In this document: positions 24,348 to 32,296 of the stretch, piece after piece | Layout: each line of letters begins with the position of its first letter | Numbering within the stretch: the stretch's first letter is position 1 | IMG/VR virus record: IMGVR_UViG_3300020043_001012 | Span: 1 to 36,294 of that record | Strand: one strand, 5' to 3' | Source of the DNA: a virus | Taxonomy: Duplodnaviria; Caudoviricetes | DNA length: 36,294 nucleotides | Program-made: the position numbers and the translations under genes | The notes under the pieces: model-generated | The model's database searches: none | Told to the model about the DNA's origin: nothing | What the model saw: only the letters and a program-made list of their open reading frames with translations

Positions 24348-26179
24348 AACTTCTCCACTTCTCGAATGTAGTAATCAAAATCAACTGGCAACTTGCCAGC
24401 ATCACGGATGTCGTTGCAGACTTGAACACCCCAGCCTGATTCAACGCCAATCTTTCGCCACACATCGGGCTTTGTCTTTGTAGGCGGCATCCACTTGAAC
24501 AGTCGGCCACCACCCTGTGCAATGTAATAGCGTGTGATGTTCTGCAACTGTGACGGCACACCCTCGTGTTCGATCGCCAAGTAGCTGCTGCGGGGAACCT
24601 TGGTGCGAAGCATGAAGTCCATGATCTCTGACCACTGCTCCACAGTCTCACGGATCGGAGCGCCTTCAATCAACACCTTCTCGGCTACCTTGGGGATCAC
24701 CAGACCACCAGCGTTTTGATGCCATCCGATGTTGTATTCGTAAGCACCCTTGCGCTTGACTTTGTCGTTCTCATAGACAGCGATGTAGTTGTTCACATCA
24801 CGGATCATCATTGACTTGTACAGGGCTTCTTCAAGCTCCAGCTTGGTTGATACCTCCCAAGCCTTTCTAAGAGTGTCCACCAGATGCTTGCTCTCACGAG
24901 GTACACGAACAGTCAAACCGTCAGTGTTGACTTGGATCAATCGAAGATTCTCAATTGACATCAACTGTTCAGCGAGTTTGCACAGTAGCAATTGACCATT
25001 GAGCGTGATGCTCATAGTGAACAGAGGGTCATAGAACACACTGAATGCGCTGTTGCTGTCACCGTACACACCGTTCAATGCCAGCTTGAGCATGGCGTTC
25101 TCTGCGCTACCCTTGGGGTATGTTTTGCGCTGCTCGTACAAGTGCTTATAGATGTCGCAGAATGTCTCACCTAGATGCTGTGGAAAAAAGCGATTAGTAA
25201 TAGCAAGGTTTGGATAATAGCTACTGACATCCAAATCAACAATGATGAAGTCGGCGTCCGATTCAACAATTTCCGATTCAATAGAACCGTGGATGCCACC
25301 AAGACCAAACACAAACTCGAAACCAGCAACACGCGCTGTGACATCTTCAAACACTCCCTTGGTTTCGGTGATGACTTGTTCTTTGAGCCAGTTGAGCACA
25401 CGGGTGAACTCGGGGCTGGTGAACTCGATCCAAGGCAAGATGGCATCTTTGAGTGCAATCGTGGGGCGCTTGGTTTGTCGAGGTGTGCGACCACTTGGAC
25501 CAAAGTCGTACAGAGCAACACCAGCTTCTTCTAGCTTCATGGCGAAGTAGTCTTTGCCGATCTTGGTGTCGTTGTGGTTCATGAAGTCGCGCTGATACAG
25601 CTGAGTCAATTCCTCACGGAAACGGATCATGTCAAGCGTCTTGTAGTAGAACAGCTTGGTCTGCGCAACGTCATGCTTGTTGTATTTCTTGAGCATGGGG
25701 ATCTGCTCAGGTGTGAGGTTCGTGCCTACCTTGAACGGCAGGTCTTCAATGTTGTCGCTGCGCATGTTGAACTCAAGAACCTTGAGGCCAGTGGCGCGTG
25801 CCTTGTTGTCGAAGTGGTGGATCTTGTACAGATCAATCTGCTGCACGAATCGGTCAGACGGGTTGACGTTGTGCATCCACTTCTCGTCACCATCTTGACC
25901 ATTGATGATCGCCATGGCTTTTTGATACAGCGTGTTCGCGTCACTGTGACCCATGCGGATCAGAGTGTGGATCACAGGGTAATCGAACCCCAAGCTGTTA
26001 AAGCCAACCATGCGTGCATTGGTTTCCTTGAGATGCTGGAGGAACGCAATGATCTCGCGGCTGTCGTTACGGTGATCACTGATCTCGAACATCCACTGGA
26101 GAGGTGCTTCTGCGTGTTCCACCGCCAATGTGAACACGTTGGGATAGGTTTCGATGTCATAGATGAAGTCATTACTCAT
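24329..26179 (-). CDS. DNA polymerase, family B, with 3'-5' exonuclease
   Basis: ExoI YDIETY, ExoII GFNSLGFDYP, ExoIII YNKHDV; polymerase motifs DVSSYYPN, KLALNGVYG, NTDG. Confidence 0.92.
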   Translation of the reverse strand: MSNDFIYDIETYPNVFTLAVEHAEAPLQWMFEISDHRNDSREIIAFLQHLKETNARMVGFNSLGFDYPVIHTLIRMGHSDANTLYQKAMAIINGQDGDEKWMHNVNPSDRFVQQIDLYKIHHFDNKARATGLKVLEFNMRSDNIEDLPFKVGTNLTPEQIPMLKKYNKHDVAQTKLFYYKTLDMIRFREELTQLYQRDFMNHNDTKIGKDYFAMKLEEAGVALYDFGPSGRTPRQTKRPTIALKDAILPWIEFTSPEFTRVLNWLKEQVITETKGVFEDVTARVAGFEFVFGLGGIHGSIESEIVESDADFIIVDLDVSSYYPNLAITNRFFPQHLGETFCDIYKHLYEQRKTYPKGSAENAMLKLALNGVYGDSNSAFSVFYDPLFTMSITLNGQLLLCKLAEQLMSIENLRLIQVNTDGLTVRVPRESKHLVDTLRKAWEVSTKLELEEALYKSMMIRDVNNYIAVYENDKVKRKGAYEYNIGWHQNAGGLVIPKVAEKVLIEGAPIRETVEQWSEIMDFMLRTKVPRSSYLAIEHEGVPSQLQNITRYYIAQGGGRLFKWMPPTKTKPDVWRKIGVESGWGVQVCNDIRDAGKLPVDFDYYIREVEKLCLGLA

Positions 26180-26400
26180 ACCTCACCTCTTGCTCTAATT
26201 GGGTCAGCATTTTCCCAAGGCCAAGTGCCTGATGCTTTCAGAATCTTGTCAACAAAATTTGAACACGCCTCACGCTCTTTAGCTGCTACCAGTTTGGCAA
26301 AGGCTTCAAGATCAAAGTTTTCATAAATATAGATGCCACGTTCATCAATGTCATCTAATCCTGCCTGTCTAGCCATCTCAATGATTTCATCTTGTGTCAT
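26176..26400 (-). CDS. Hypothetical protein (74 aa)
   Basis: MTQDEIIEMARQAG...LEAFAKLVAAKEREAC...IRARG, a recurrent small phage protein pattern. Its stop overlaps the polymerase ATG. Confidence 0.7.
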   Translation of the reverse strand: MTQDEIIEMARQAGLDDIDERGIYIYENFDLEAFAKLVAAKEREACSNFVDKILKASGTWPWENADPIRARGEV

Positions 26401-26413
26401 AACAATTACCTTT

Positions 26414-26478
26414 TACAGTTAGGTGGGGGTCACGCGAGACTGTAGCTCCATAGTTAAAAATGGAATCGCGCTTCCCCC
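26414..26478 (-). ncRNA. Candidate cis-regulatory structured RNA (nested stems plus pseudoknot)
   Basis: Minus strand: GGGGG aag CGCGA t TCCAT ttttaact ATGGA gcTACAGTc TCGCG tga CCCCC accta ACTGTA aaaggt. Three nested 5-bp stems, and the bulge TACAGT is complementary to ACTGTA next to the RBS. Confidence 0.5.
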
Positions 26479-26485
26479 AATTCGA

Positions 26486-27148
26486 TTACATACCCAAGAA
26501 CGATGGGAGGCCAGGCATCGCTGGTGCAGCGGCAGCAGGAGCTGCACCGAACCCAGCAGGAGCACCAGCCACAGCACCGAAGAAGCCAGAGGCGTCAACA
26601 GCACCTTCACCGAACGCTGTGTCGTCACCAGCGAACTGCAAAGCAATCAAGTCGCAACGGATGCCGTTACCGTGCTTGTTCACTTGCAACCAAGGCTTGA
26701 TGGCAGCGTTGACTCGGCAACCACCGTACATCTTGCGAGTCAGTTGTTGGTAAGCCATTGTGTTGGATGGGTCGATGGGTTGACCGTCAGCTTGGATGAT
26801 CTGAGGTTGCGTGTCACGACCAGCGGTGATGAAAGCATGACCTGCATAACCATCGTAAGGTTGAAAGGTTTTCTTGTTGACCTTTTCCTCACCAAGACCA
26901 AAGCAGCGCAACTTGCGATCAGCTTGGATCATTTGCATCACGGTGTTGGTGTGCTCCAACCACTTCTCTTGAGCCATCGCTGCGTAACGCTGCATAAACT
27001 GTTGCAGACCAGCGTGGTCTTTAGGCATGATGAACTCGCAGTTGTAGCTGATGCGTTCTTTACCTGTTGCTTCGTTCACTTGCTTTTGTGGTTCAGCGAT
27101 GTGTGGGAATGACAGACGGACATTTGACAAAAAGATGATTTCAGACAT
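26486..27148 (-). CDS. ssDNA-binding protein, DUF2815 / T7 gp2.5-like family
   Basis: VRLSFPHI..P, YGGCRVNA.I, NKHGNGIRCDL.ALQF..D...FG; typical partner of DUF2800. Confidence 0.85.
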   Translation of the reverse strand: MSEIIFLSNVRLSFPHIAEPQKQVNEATGKERISYNCEFIMPKDHAGLQQFMQRYAAMAQEKWLEHTNTVMQMIQADRKLRCFGLGEEKVNKKTFQPYDGYAGHAFITAGRDTQPQIIQADGQPIDPSNTMAYQQLTRKMYGGCRVNAAIKPWLQVNKHGNGIRCDLIALQFAGDDTAFGEGAVDASGFFGAVAGAPAGFGAAPAAAAPAMPGLPSFLGM

Positions 27149-27164
27149 TACATTTACTCCAGTT
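27146..27164. repeat. 19-bp direct repeat, copy 1 (minus strand AACTGGAGTAAATGTAATG = RBS + start)
   Basis: CATTACATTTACTCCAGTT, identical to 27566-27584. Confidence 0.95.
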
Positions 27165-27166
27165 AA

Positions 27167-27568
27167 TTACAGTTGATGTGTACCTTCGACACCACGGCGC
27201 ATACGCTCAATGGTTCGCTGTTGCAGCCAGTGCTGTGCTTCTTCAATGTGCGTCAGAGCGCAAGCGTTGGCTTTACAGGCGAATGGACCAGCCTGAAAAC
27301 TACGCAAGCGGTCAGCCACGATTGCAAGCAATACTTCCTGAGTCAGACCGTTGACACCGTTTTCAGGGATCGTACCGTTCTGAAAATAGATGACCAATTC
27401 AGTTGCACAGTTTTGTAGAACACCGTTTCCAGCGCTCTTATTGGTGGACAGGTCAAAGCCAGACACCTTATATGCGTGATTGCCTCCACCAGCGCCAGCC
27501 TCGTCAATAACCGCAATGGTTAATTTGTCGTTAGATGGGTTGATCATGTGATCATTGATTTGTCGCAT
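27167..27568 (-). CDS. tad1: Tad1-family anti-defence sponge protein (Thoeris anti-defence 1)
   Basis: G.GG..H.Y, I.FQ.G...E.GVNG, LL.IV.DRL.SFQAGPFAC..NACALTH.EEA..W...R...R..R.V.GT closely follows the Tad1 sequences as I recall them. Confidence 0.82.
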   Translation of the reverse strand: MRQINDHMINPSNDKLTIAVIDEAGAGGGNHAYKVSGFDLSTNKSAGNGVLQNCATELVIYFQNGTIPENGVNGLTQEVLLAIVADRLRSFQAGPFACKANACALTHIEEAQHWLQQRTIERMRRGVEGTHQL

Positions 27569-27584
27569 TACATTTACTCCAGTT
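27566..27584. repeat. 19-bp direct repeat, copy 2
   Basis: Identical to 27146-27164; provides the RBS and ATG of tad1. Confidence 0.95.
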
Positions 27585-28882
27585 TAAGAAAGCCATGACG
27601 GCAGGGATTCCACTTGCGTTTCAATTGCGCTGAACATAGGTGCAGCATTCAGAACCACGGCAGGGCGTGAGTCCGATTCGGGTGCGACAGTTAGCTTACC
27701 TGCCATCTTCACAACGTACTCAGTCTCCAGTGTTTTAAGCTGGCGCTCAGTCAGTTGTTTCGTTGTGCCATCTCGCTTGGTCCAAGTGAGCTTTTCAGCC
27801 TTGGCAGGAGTGACGAGTTTGGTTTCCCAAACAGCGGTTTTTGGAATACCCATCTTGGTCAGCTTCTCGGCAATCTGATCCTCTGGCAACGCCCATGCGC
27901 GGCTACCGCGACCATTGACGAGTTTGATGCCAGGGATTGATTGACCGAGCTGCAATCGACGCAGAGCTTCCGCTTCCACGGCTTCAAGCAGTTGACGCAT
28001 CAGGGGTGCAGCTTCCATGATCTGACGGATCTGTTGATCGTCCATGGTGCTGGGGTCTTTGTTCGCAGCTTGCTGTGCGACATCGAACGGTTGGGCTTGA
28101 GTAGCCTGCACGGGTTGAAACATTACACCGACTCCTTCCATTACGTTACTTGCAAGAGCAGAACAGCTACCCTTGGCTTTGCAAAATTTACATTGACTAT
28201 CACCCGCTTTGAGTGGTGCATCAGGTGCATCGGTAGCGTGAGCTTCGACGACCATCTTGCCAATCATAGCAAGGATTTCCAGCGTATCAACTTCGTGAGA
28301 AGAAATCTGTTGCATACCTTTGATCGCCAGCTTAGGCTGAATGATCGTCATGCGTACACGCTTCCATGGGTACATGCCGTTCACAGGCAACTTGCAACTG
28401 GCCAACGCGCCCATGGCGTACTGTTCGAGTTGTGGGTTGTCCTTGGCGCTTACGATGCCCATGCCGTCCTTGTAGTCGATGATCTCAAGCACCTCAACAC
28501 CACGGATCTGAACGTCCACAGTGCCTGACATGTCCTTGCGACCAATCAGGTGCTCAGGGTCAACACGAGTCTCGGCAATCACTTCGCACATGCCGTGTTG
28601 TTCGGCAACGCGCTTCTTGATGTAGTCGGTGGCCACTTTGACACGGGCGGCACGGTCTTTGTCAACCGTGAACACGCCCTCATGGTCACTCAGTGTCTCA
28701 CCAACTGTCGAGAGTGGGTCTTTGTCCTCACCGATACAGTACTCCAGCAGCGTATGGCTATGTGTGCCATCGGCAGCAGCAGGACCACTCTTATCGGGGT
28801 ACTTAGCTTCCTCTCGAATAGACCCAGGGCACAGCATCCAACGATGCCGCTTACTGGGTGACAGTTGTGCGTGATCGCTCAT
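27584..28882 (-). CDS. DUF2800 Cas4-like PD-(D/E)XK exonuclease
   Basis: HAQLSPS..HRW..CPGS, A.DGT..H, GTVD, IIDYKDG.G..V, NPQL..YA.GA, IIQP, QCKFCKAK..C. Confidence 0.88.
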   Translation of the reverse strand: MSDHAQLSPSKRHRWMLCPGSIREEAKYPDKSGPAAADGTHSHTLLEYCIGEDKDPLSTVGETLSDHEGVFTVDKDRAARVKVATDYIKKRVAEQHGMCEVIAETRVDPEHLIGRKDMSGTVDVQIRGVEVLEIIDYKDGMGIVSAKDNPQLEQYAMGALASCKLPVNGMYPWKRVRMTIIQPKLAIKGMQQISSHEVDTLEILAMIGKMVVEAHATDAPDAPLKAGDSQCKFCKAKGSCSALASNVMEGVGVMFQPVQATQAQPFDVAQQAANKDPSTMDDQQIRQIMEAAPLMRQLLEAVEAEALRRLQLGQSIPGIKLVNGRGSRAWALPEDQIAEKLTKMGIPKTAVWETKLVTPAKAEKLTWTKRDGTTKQLTERQLKTLETEYVVKMAGKLTVAPESDSRPAVVLNAAPMFSAIETQVESLPSWLS

Positions 28883-28884
28883 GA

Positions 28885-29307
28885 TCAGCCCTTCAAGGCT
28901 TCCACACCAGCGTGCAACTGAGCGTAGTGCTCAGGCTTGACATCGTTAATGTTTTGGTAGCCGAGTTGAGTCAGCACGCCTTGGATCTGTTGACCCTTGT
29001 CAGCGCCGAGTGCCTTGTAAGCACCCATCACGTATTCCAACAAACCTTTGGGATCATTGAACGGTGCGCCAACGGCCACAGCAGCCACGGGTGCTGGTGC
29101 TACGAAGCTGGGGGCAGCAGGCATGGCAACAGGAACAGGTGTAGCCACAGTCACAGGTTCTGGAACGGTGGTTGTGGGAATGATGACATTCATAGGTGCG
29201 GGTGCTTGCGCAACAGGTGCGGCAGGTGCTACATTGATGCCTTCGATTTTGGCAGTCAAAGCGATGACAGCGGCGGCGAGGGTTTTGATTTCAGTTTCCA
29301 GTGACAT
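28885..29307 (-). CDS. Hypothetical Pro/Ala-rich protein
   Basis: MSLETEIKTL..A start (AAGGA RBS), low-complexity linker, C-terminal L..LG...I.DVKPEHY; usual position upstream of DUF2800. Confidence 0.75.
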   Translation of the reverse strand: MSLETEIKTLAAAVIALTAKIEGINVAPAAPVAQAPAPMNVIIPTTTVPEPVTVATPVPVAMPAAPSFVAPAPVAAVAVGAPFNDPKGLLEYVMGAYKALGADKGQQIQGVLTQLGYQNINDVKPEHYAQLHAGVEALKG

Positions 29308-29491
29308 ATAACGATTCCTTACGGGTTGCGGGGGGTTGAATTGTGAGGCGGTCATCATTGAACGCCTCGACTATTTCACGTAGCACTTCGGACGGGTTAC
29401 CGTGCTTCTGTGCTTTGGTGTGAAATTTGGTTCGCGTCTTGTCAGTCACACGGACTACAAGGAACGCAGATTTGAGCTTGGTAGTTGCCAT
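29291..29491 (-). CDS. Ribbon-helix-helix (Arc/CopG-like) DNA-binding protein
   Basis: AFLVVRVTDKTRTKF...A...G.PSEVLREIVEAF gives a beta strand plus two helices; first gene of the leftward operon. Confidence 0.65.
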   Translation of the reverse strand: MATTKLKSAFLVVRVTDKTRTKFHTKAQKHGNPSEVLREIVEAFNDDRLTIQPPATRKESLYVTGN

Positions 29492-29513
29492 AATCAAAAT
29501 AAATTTGGTTTCG

Positions 29514-29552
29514 TTGAACAAAGTATAACATCATCTGATACACTTGCGTCAA
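29514..29552. promoter_or_regulatory. Overlapping divergent sigma70-like promoters with dyad symmetry
   Basis: Plus strand: TTGAAC(29514)-19 nt-TACACT(29539) with extended TG. Minus strand: TTGACG(29552)-19 nt-TATACT(29527) with extended TG. Flanks are AT-rich. Confidence 0.6.
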
Positions 29553-29584
29553 CAAATTTAAAAATATTTTTCAAGAGGTTGAAA

Positions 29585-29704
29585 ATGACATGCAAACACC
29601 GCTGGCAAGAATTCCCTGTGCCACCACACTGCGAAGCCAAGTTAATCTATATGTGCGCACGGTGCAATCAGATGCGCTTTGTCTCGGAAAAGAAAAAGCC
29701 CTGA
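29585..29704 (+). CDS. Small Cys/His zinc-ribbon-like protein (39 aa)
   Basis: GAGGT RBS; MTCKHRW...CARCNQ. Confidence 0.55.
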   Translation: MTCKHRWQEFPVPPHCEAKLIYMCARCNQMRFVSEKKKP

Positions 29705-29721
29705 CCTTGTGAGTCAGGGCT
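29693..29721 (-). terminator. Strong hairpin upstream of primase; U tract on the minus strand
   Basis: AGCCCTGAC-CTTGTGA-GTCAGGGCT is a perfect 9-bp stem, preceded by AAAAA on the plus strand. Confidence 0.55.
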
Positions 29722-29772
29722 AAAAGAGGAACCAAACATGAACATGACAACTGCATTGTCAGAATGGATTAT

Positions 29773-32256
29773 ATGAGCGCATTGCCAACAGTACAACAAC
29801 ACCCTGCATCAGTGGATGCCTACATTCGCCACGGCTTCTCACTCGTGCCTATCCCACAAGGAACCAAGGGGCCACGCACCGCTGGGTGGAACATCAAAGC
29901 CAACGCGATCAAGTCACAAGCTGACCTGCCCCAAGGCTGGGGTATCGGTTTAGCCCATGCTTACAGTGGCACGATGGCCTTTGACATTGACGAGTGGGAC
30001 ACGACTGCCATGGTGCTCGGGCTGCAAGGGATTAACCTGCAAGCACTCTATGACGCCAACGATGCAGTGATCGTTGACTCTGGCCGCGCTGGTCACGGCA
30101 AGCTGCTGTACAAGATGCCCTTGGGCATGGCGCTGCCGTCCAAGAAGATCATCATCAACGGCATCACAGCTTACGAGCTGCGCTGTGCCACGGCTAACGG
30201 GTTGACGGTGCAGGACGTGCTGCCACCATCTATCCACCCTGACACTCAGCAGCCTTATCGCTGGGCTGGTAAGGGTCACTGGATGCGCCTGCCAGAGCTA
30301 CCACAATCTTTGCTAGACTTGTGGCATGGTCTTCTTGAGCAGGATAAGGTGCGCACACTTGCCACAGGCGATGGTGTCGATGCGTCATGGGACGAGATCC
30401 GTTCAGCCATCGAGTCGATCAGTCCTGACTGCTCCCGAGAGGAGTGGGTCAACGTCGGCATGGCGCTGCACTGGGCAGGTACTCACACCAACCAGCTAGA
30501 CCAAGCCCTGCACCTGTGGGACGAGTGGTCCAAGCCATCGACAAAGTACCCCAGCGAGAAAGAGATCATCAACCAGTGGGTCAGCTTTAAGTCTGACAAG
30601 GCCACTGCGGTCAAGCTGGGCACACTGTTCCACATCGCCAAACAACACGGCTGGTCACGCCCACCCGTTGACGCTGCATCGCTGTTTGCAGCAGTTGGCC
30701 AAGTCACACCCATGACCCCTGTCAACGTGACTGCTGGCATCCGTCCACCAGCACCTGAGATGAACATGGATCTGTGGCCAAACATCCTCAGAACCCGCGC
30801 CAACGAGATCGCAGAGAGCGTGGGCTGTGACCCTTTGGTTCCCCTGTTCTCAGGCATGGCCGCTGTCTGTGGTGCAGTCGATGCGCGTACTCGCTTGGAG
30901 CTGATGCCAGGCTTCCAAGTGCCACCTGTCCTGTGGCTGATGACACTCGGTGATCCAGCCGATAAGAAGTCACCAGGCTCACGCCCCATGATGTCCCCAC
31001 TCAAGTCGATCGAGATGGAGGATCGCCCACGCTACGCCAAAGAGCTGCTCGACTGGGAAGGCAAAGAGGCTGCACACGCATCGTCTAAAAAGGCTTTCCT
31101 TGAGTTCTCTGCATCGACTGAGGCCATGCTAGGCGGTGACCAAGCCCCAGTGGTGGCCGATCTGCCTGCGCAGCCTGTGCCGTTGAAGATCACGGTGTCT
31201 GACATCACGAGTCAGAAGCTGGTGCGCTCGGCTGCGGATCGTCCCCGTGGCCTGCTGTGCTACCTTGACGAGATGAACTCATGGGTTAAGAAGCTGACGG
31301 ATCGCACCAGTGGTGAAGATCGCTCTGCTTGGGTGGTGTCCTATGAGTCTGAACCGTATGAGATGGATCGTGTGGGCGCTGGGTCTATCCACGCTGACAA
31401 CCTCGCTGTGAGTATCTACGGCAACATCCAACCAGCGGTGTTCAAGGCCAACCTGCAAGCACTGGCGTCCGATGGTCTGCTGCAACGCTTCATACCCGCC
31501 ATTTTGCGCAGCAACAAGACGAAGCTAGGTCACCCTATCCCTGAGTACCTGACAGCCGCTGCATCGTGGGAAAACACGCTGCGTTTGACCTGTGCGCTCC
31601 CACCTCAGACTTACAAGTTGTCACCCGATGCGTTCAAGGCGTACCGTGAGTTCCAAGCATGGTACGAGGAGTCCAAGCAAGACGAGCGCCTGCTGATGTC
31701 CAATGACACGTTCATGACAGCATTCGGCAAGCTAGAGGGCACTGCGGGTCGATTGATCCTCATGTTCCACATCATCGAGTCACCGTTTAGTCTGACAGTC
31801 GATGTGCAGATCGTCAATCGTGTGATCGAGTTGATCAAGTCGTACATCATCCCAGCGTATCGCTATGCCTTGGGTGAAGTGGCAGGCGTTGACACCTTCG
31901 ATCAGTGGGTGGCCGATCACATGATCCACCACTACGACAAAGGTCAGATCACCCTGTCCGAGTTGAAACGCAGCGCACGTCGAAGCCTTGACGGTAAGAC
32001 CATCTGGACTCAAGACCAAATGGTGCTCAGTGCCATGAGCACATTGGAGCAGGCTGGCTGGGTGATTCGATTGGATGACGGTACGAAAGAGCACCAGCAC
32101 CACGCAGAGTGGGCCATCAACCCATCGCTGGGTGAACAGTTCAAAGAGCACCGTAAGAAGGTCATTGCAGCGCGTCAACGTGTGGCAGAGCAGCGATGGT
32201 CACACTCGGACAAGCCCAAGCCAAAGGTCAAAGGGTACGACTTGCTGGAGGAATGA
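29773..32256 (+). CDS. Primase: bifunctional Prim-Pol + PriCT-2 + DUF3987 (YfjI-like) domains
   Basis: GFSLVPI..GTKGP...GW, AFDID, VLPPSIHPDT..PY.W; SPDCSREEWVNVGMALH...WDEWSK...KY; GDPADKKSP, YLDEM, MDRVG, DGLLQRF. 29764 is an alternative start. Confidence 0.88.
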   Translation: MSALPTVQQHPASVDAYIRHGFSLVPIPQGTKGPRTAGWNIKANAIKSQADLPQGWGIGLAHAYSGTMAFDIDEWDTTAMVLGLQGINLQALYDANDAVIVDSGRAGHGKLLYKMPLGMALPSKKIIINGITAYELRCATANGLTVQDVLPPSIHPDTQQPYRWAGKGHWMRLPELPQSLLDLWHGLLEQDKVRTLATGDGVDASWDEIRSAIESISPDCSREEWVNVGMALHWAGTHTNQLDQALHLWDEWSKPSTKYPSEKEIINQWVSFKSDKATAVKLGTLFHIAKQHGWSRPPVDAASLFAAVGQVTPMTPVNVTAGIRPPAPEMNMDLWPNILRTRANEIAESVGCDPLVPLFSGMAAVCGAVDARTRLELMPGFQVPPVLWLMTLGDPADKKSPGSRPMMSPLKSIEMEDRPRYAKELLDWEGKEAAHASSKKAFLEFSASTEAMLGGDQAPVVADLPAQPVPLKITVSDITSQKLVRSAADRPRGLLCYLDEMNSWVKKLTDRTSGEDRSAWVVSYESEPYEMDRVGAGSIHADNLAVSIYGNIQPAVFKANLQALASDGLLQRFIPAILRSNKTKLGHPIPEYLTAAASWENTLRLTCALPPQTYKLSPDAFKAYREFQAWYEESKQDERLLMSNDTFMTAFGKLEGTAGRLILMFHIIESPFSLTVDVQIVNRVIELIKSYIIPAYRYALGEVAGVDTFDQWVADHMIHHYDKGQITLSELKRSARRSLDGKTIWTQDQMVLSAMSTLEQAGWVIRLDDGTKEHQHHAEWAINPSLGEQFKEHRKKVIAARQRVAEQRWSHSDKPKPKVKGYDLLEE

Positions 32257-32282
32257 AAAAAGGGAGCGTTGGCTCCCTTTTT
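32256..32282. terminator. Bidirectional rho-independent terminator
   Basis: AAAAAAGGGAGC-GTTG-GCTCCCTTTTT between convergent genes. Confidence 0.9.
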
Positions 32283-32296
32283 CTTTACCTACTTGG

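Noticed and set aside
26421-26478. tRNA interpretation of the GGGGG...CCCCCACC element
   Set aside because: It is too short, with no D arm or TTC T-loop and no CCA end. Kept only as a candidate cis-regulatory RNA.
27584-28882. Cas4-like nuclease as evidence of CRISPR-Cas
   Set aside because: No repeat-spacer array or other cas genes were seen; DUF2800 is a standard phage replication-module nuclease.
29402-29584. Upstream part of the 100-aa plus-strand ORF
   Set aside because: It runs through the RHH gene and the promoter; only the RBS-supported 39-aa part from 29585 is credible.
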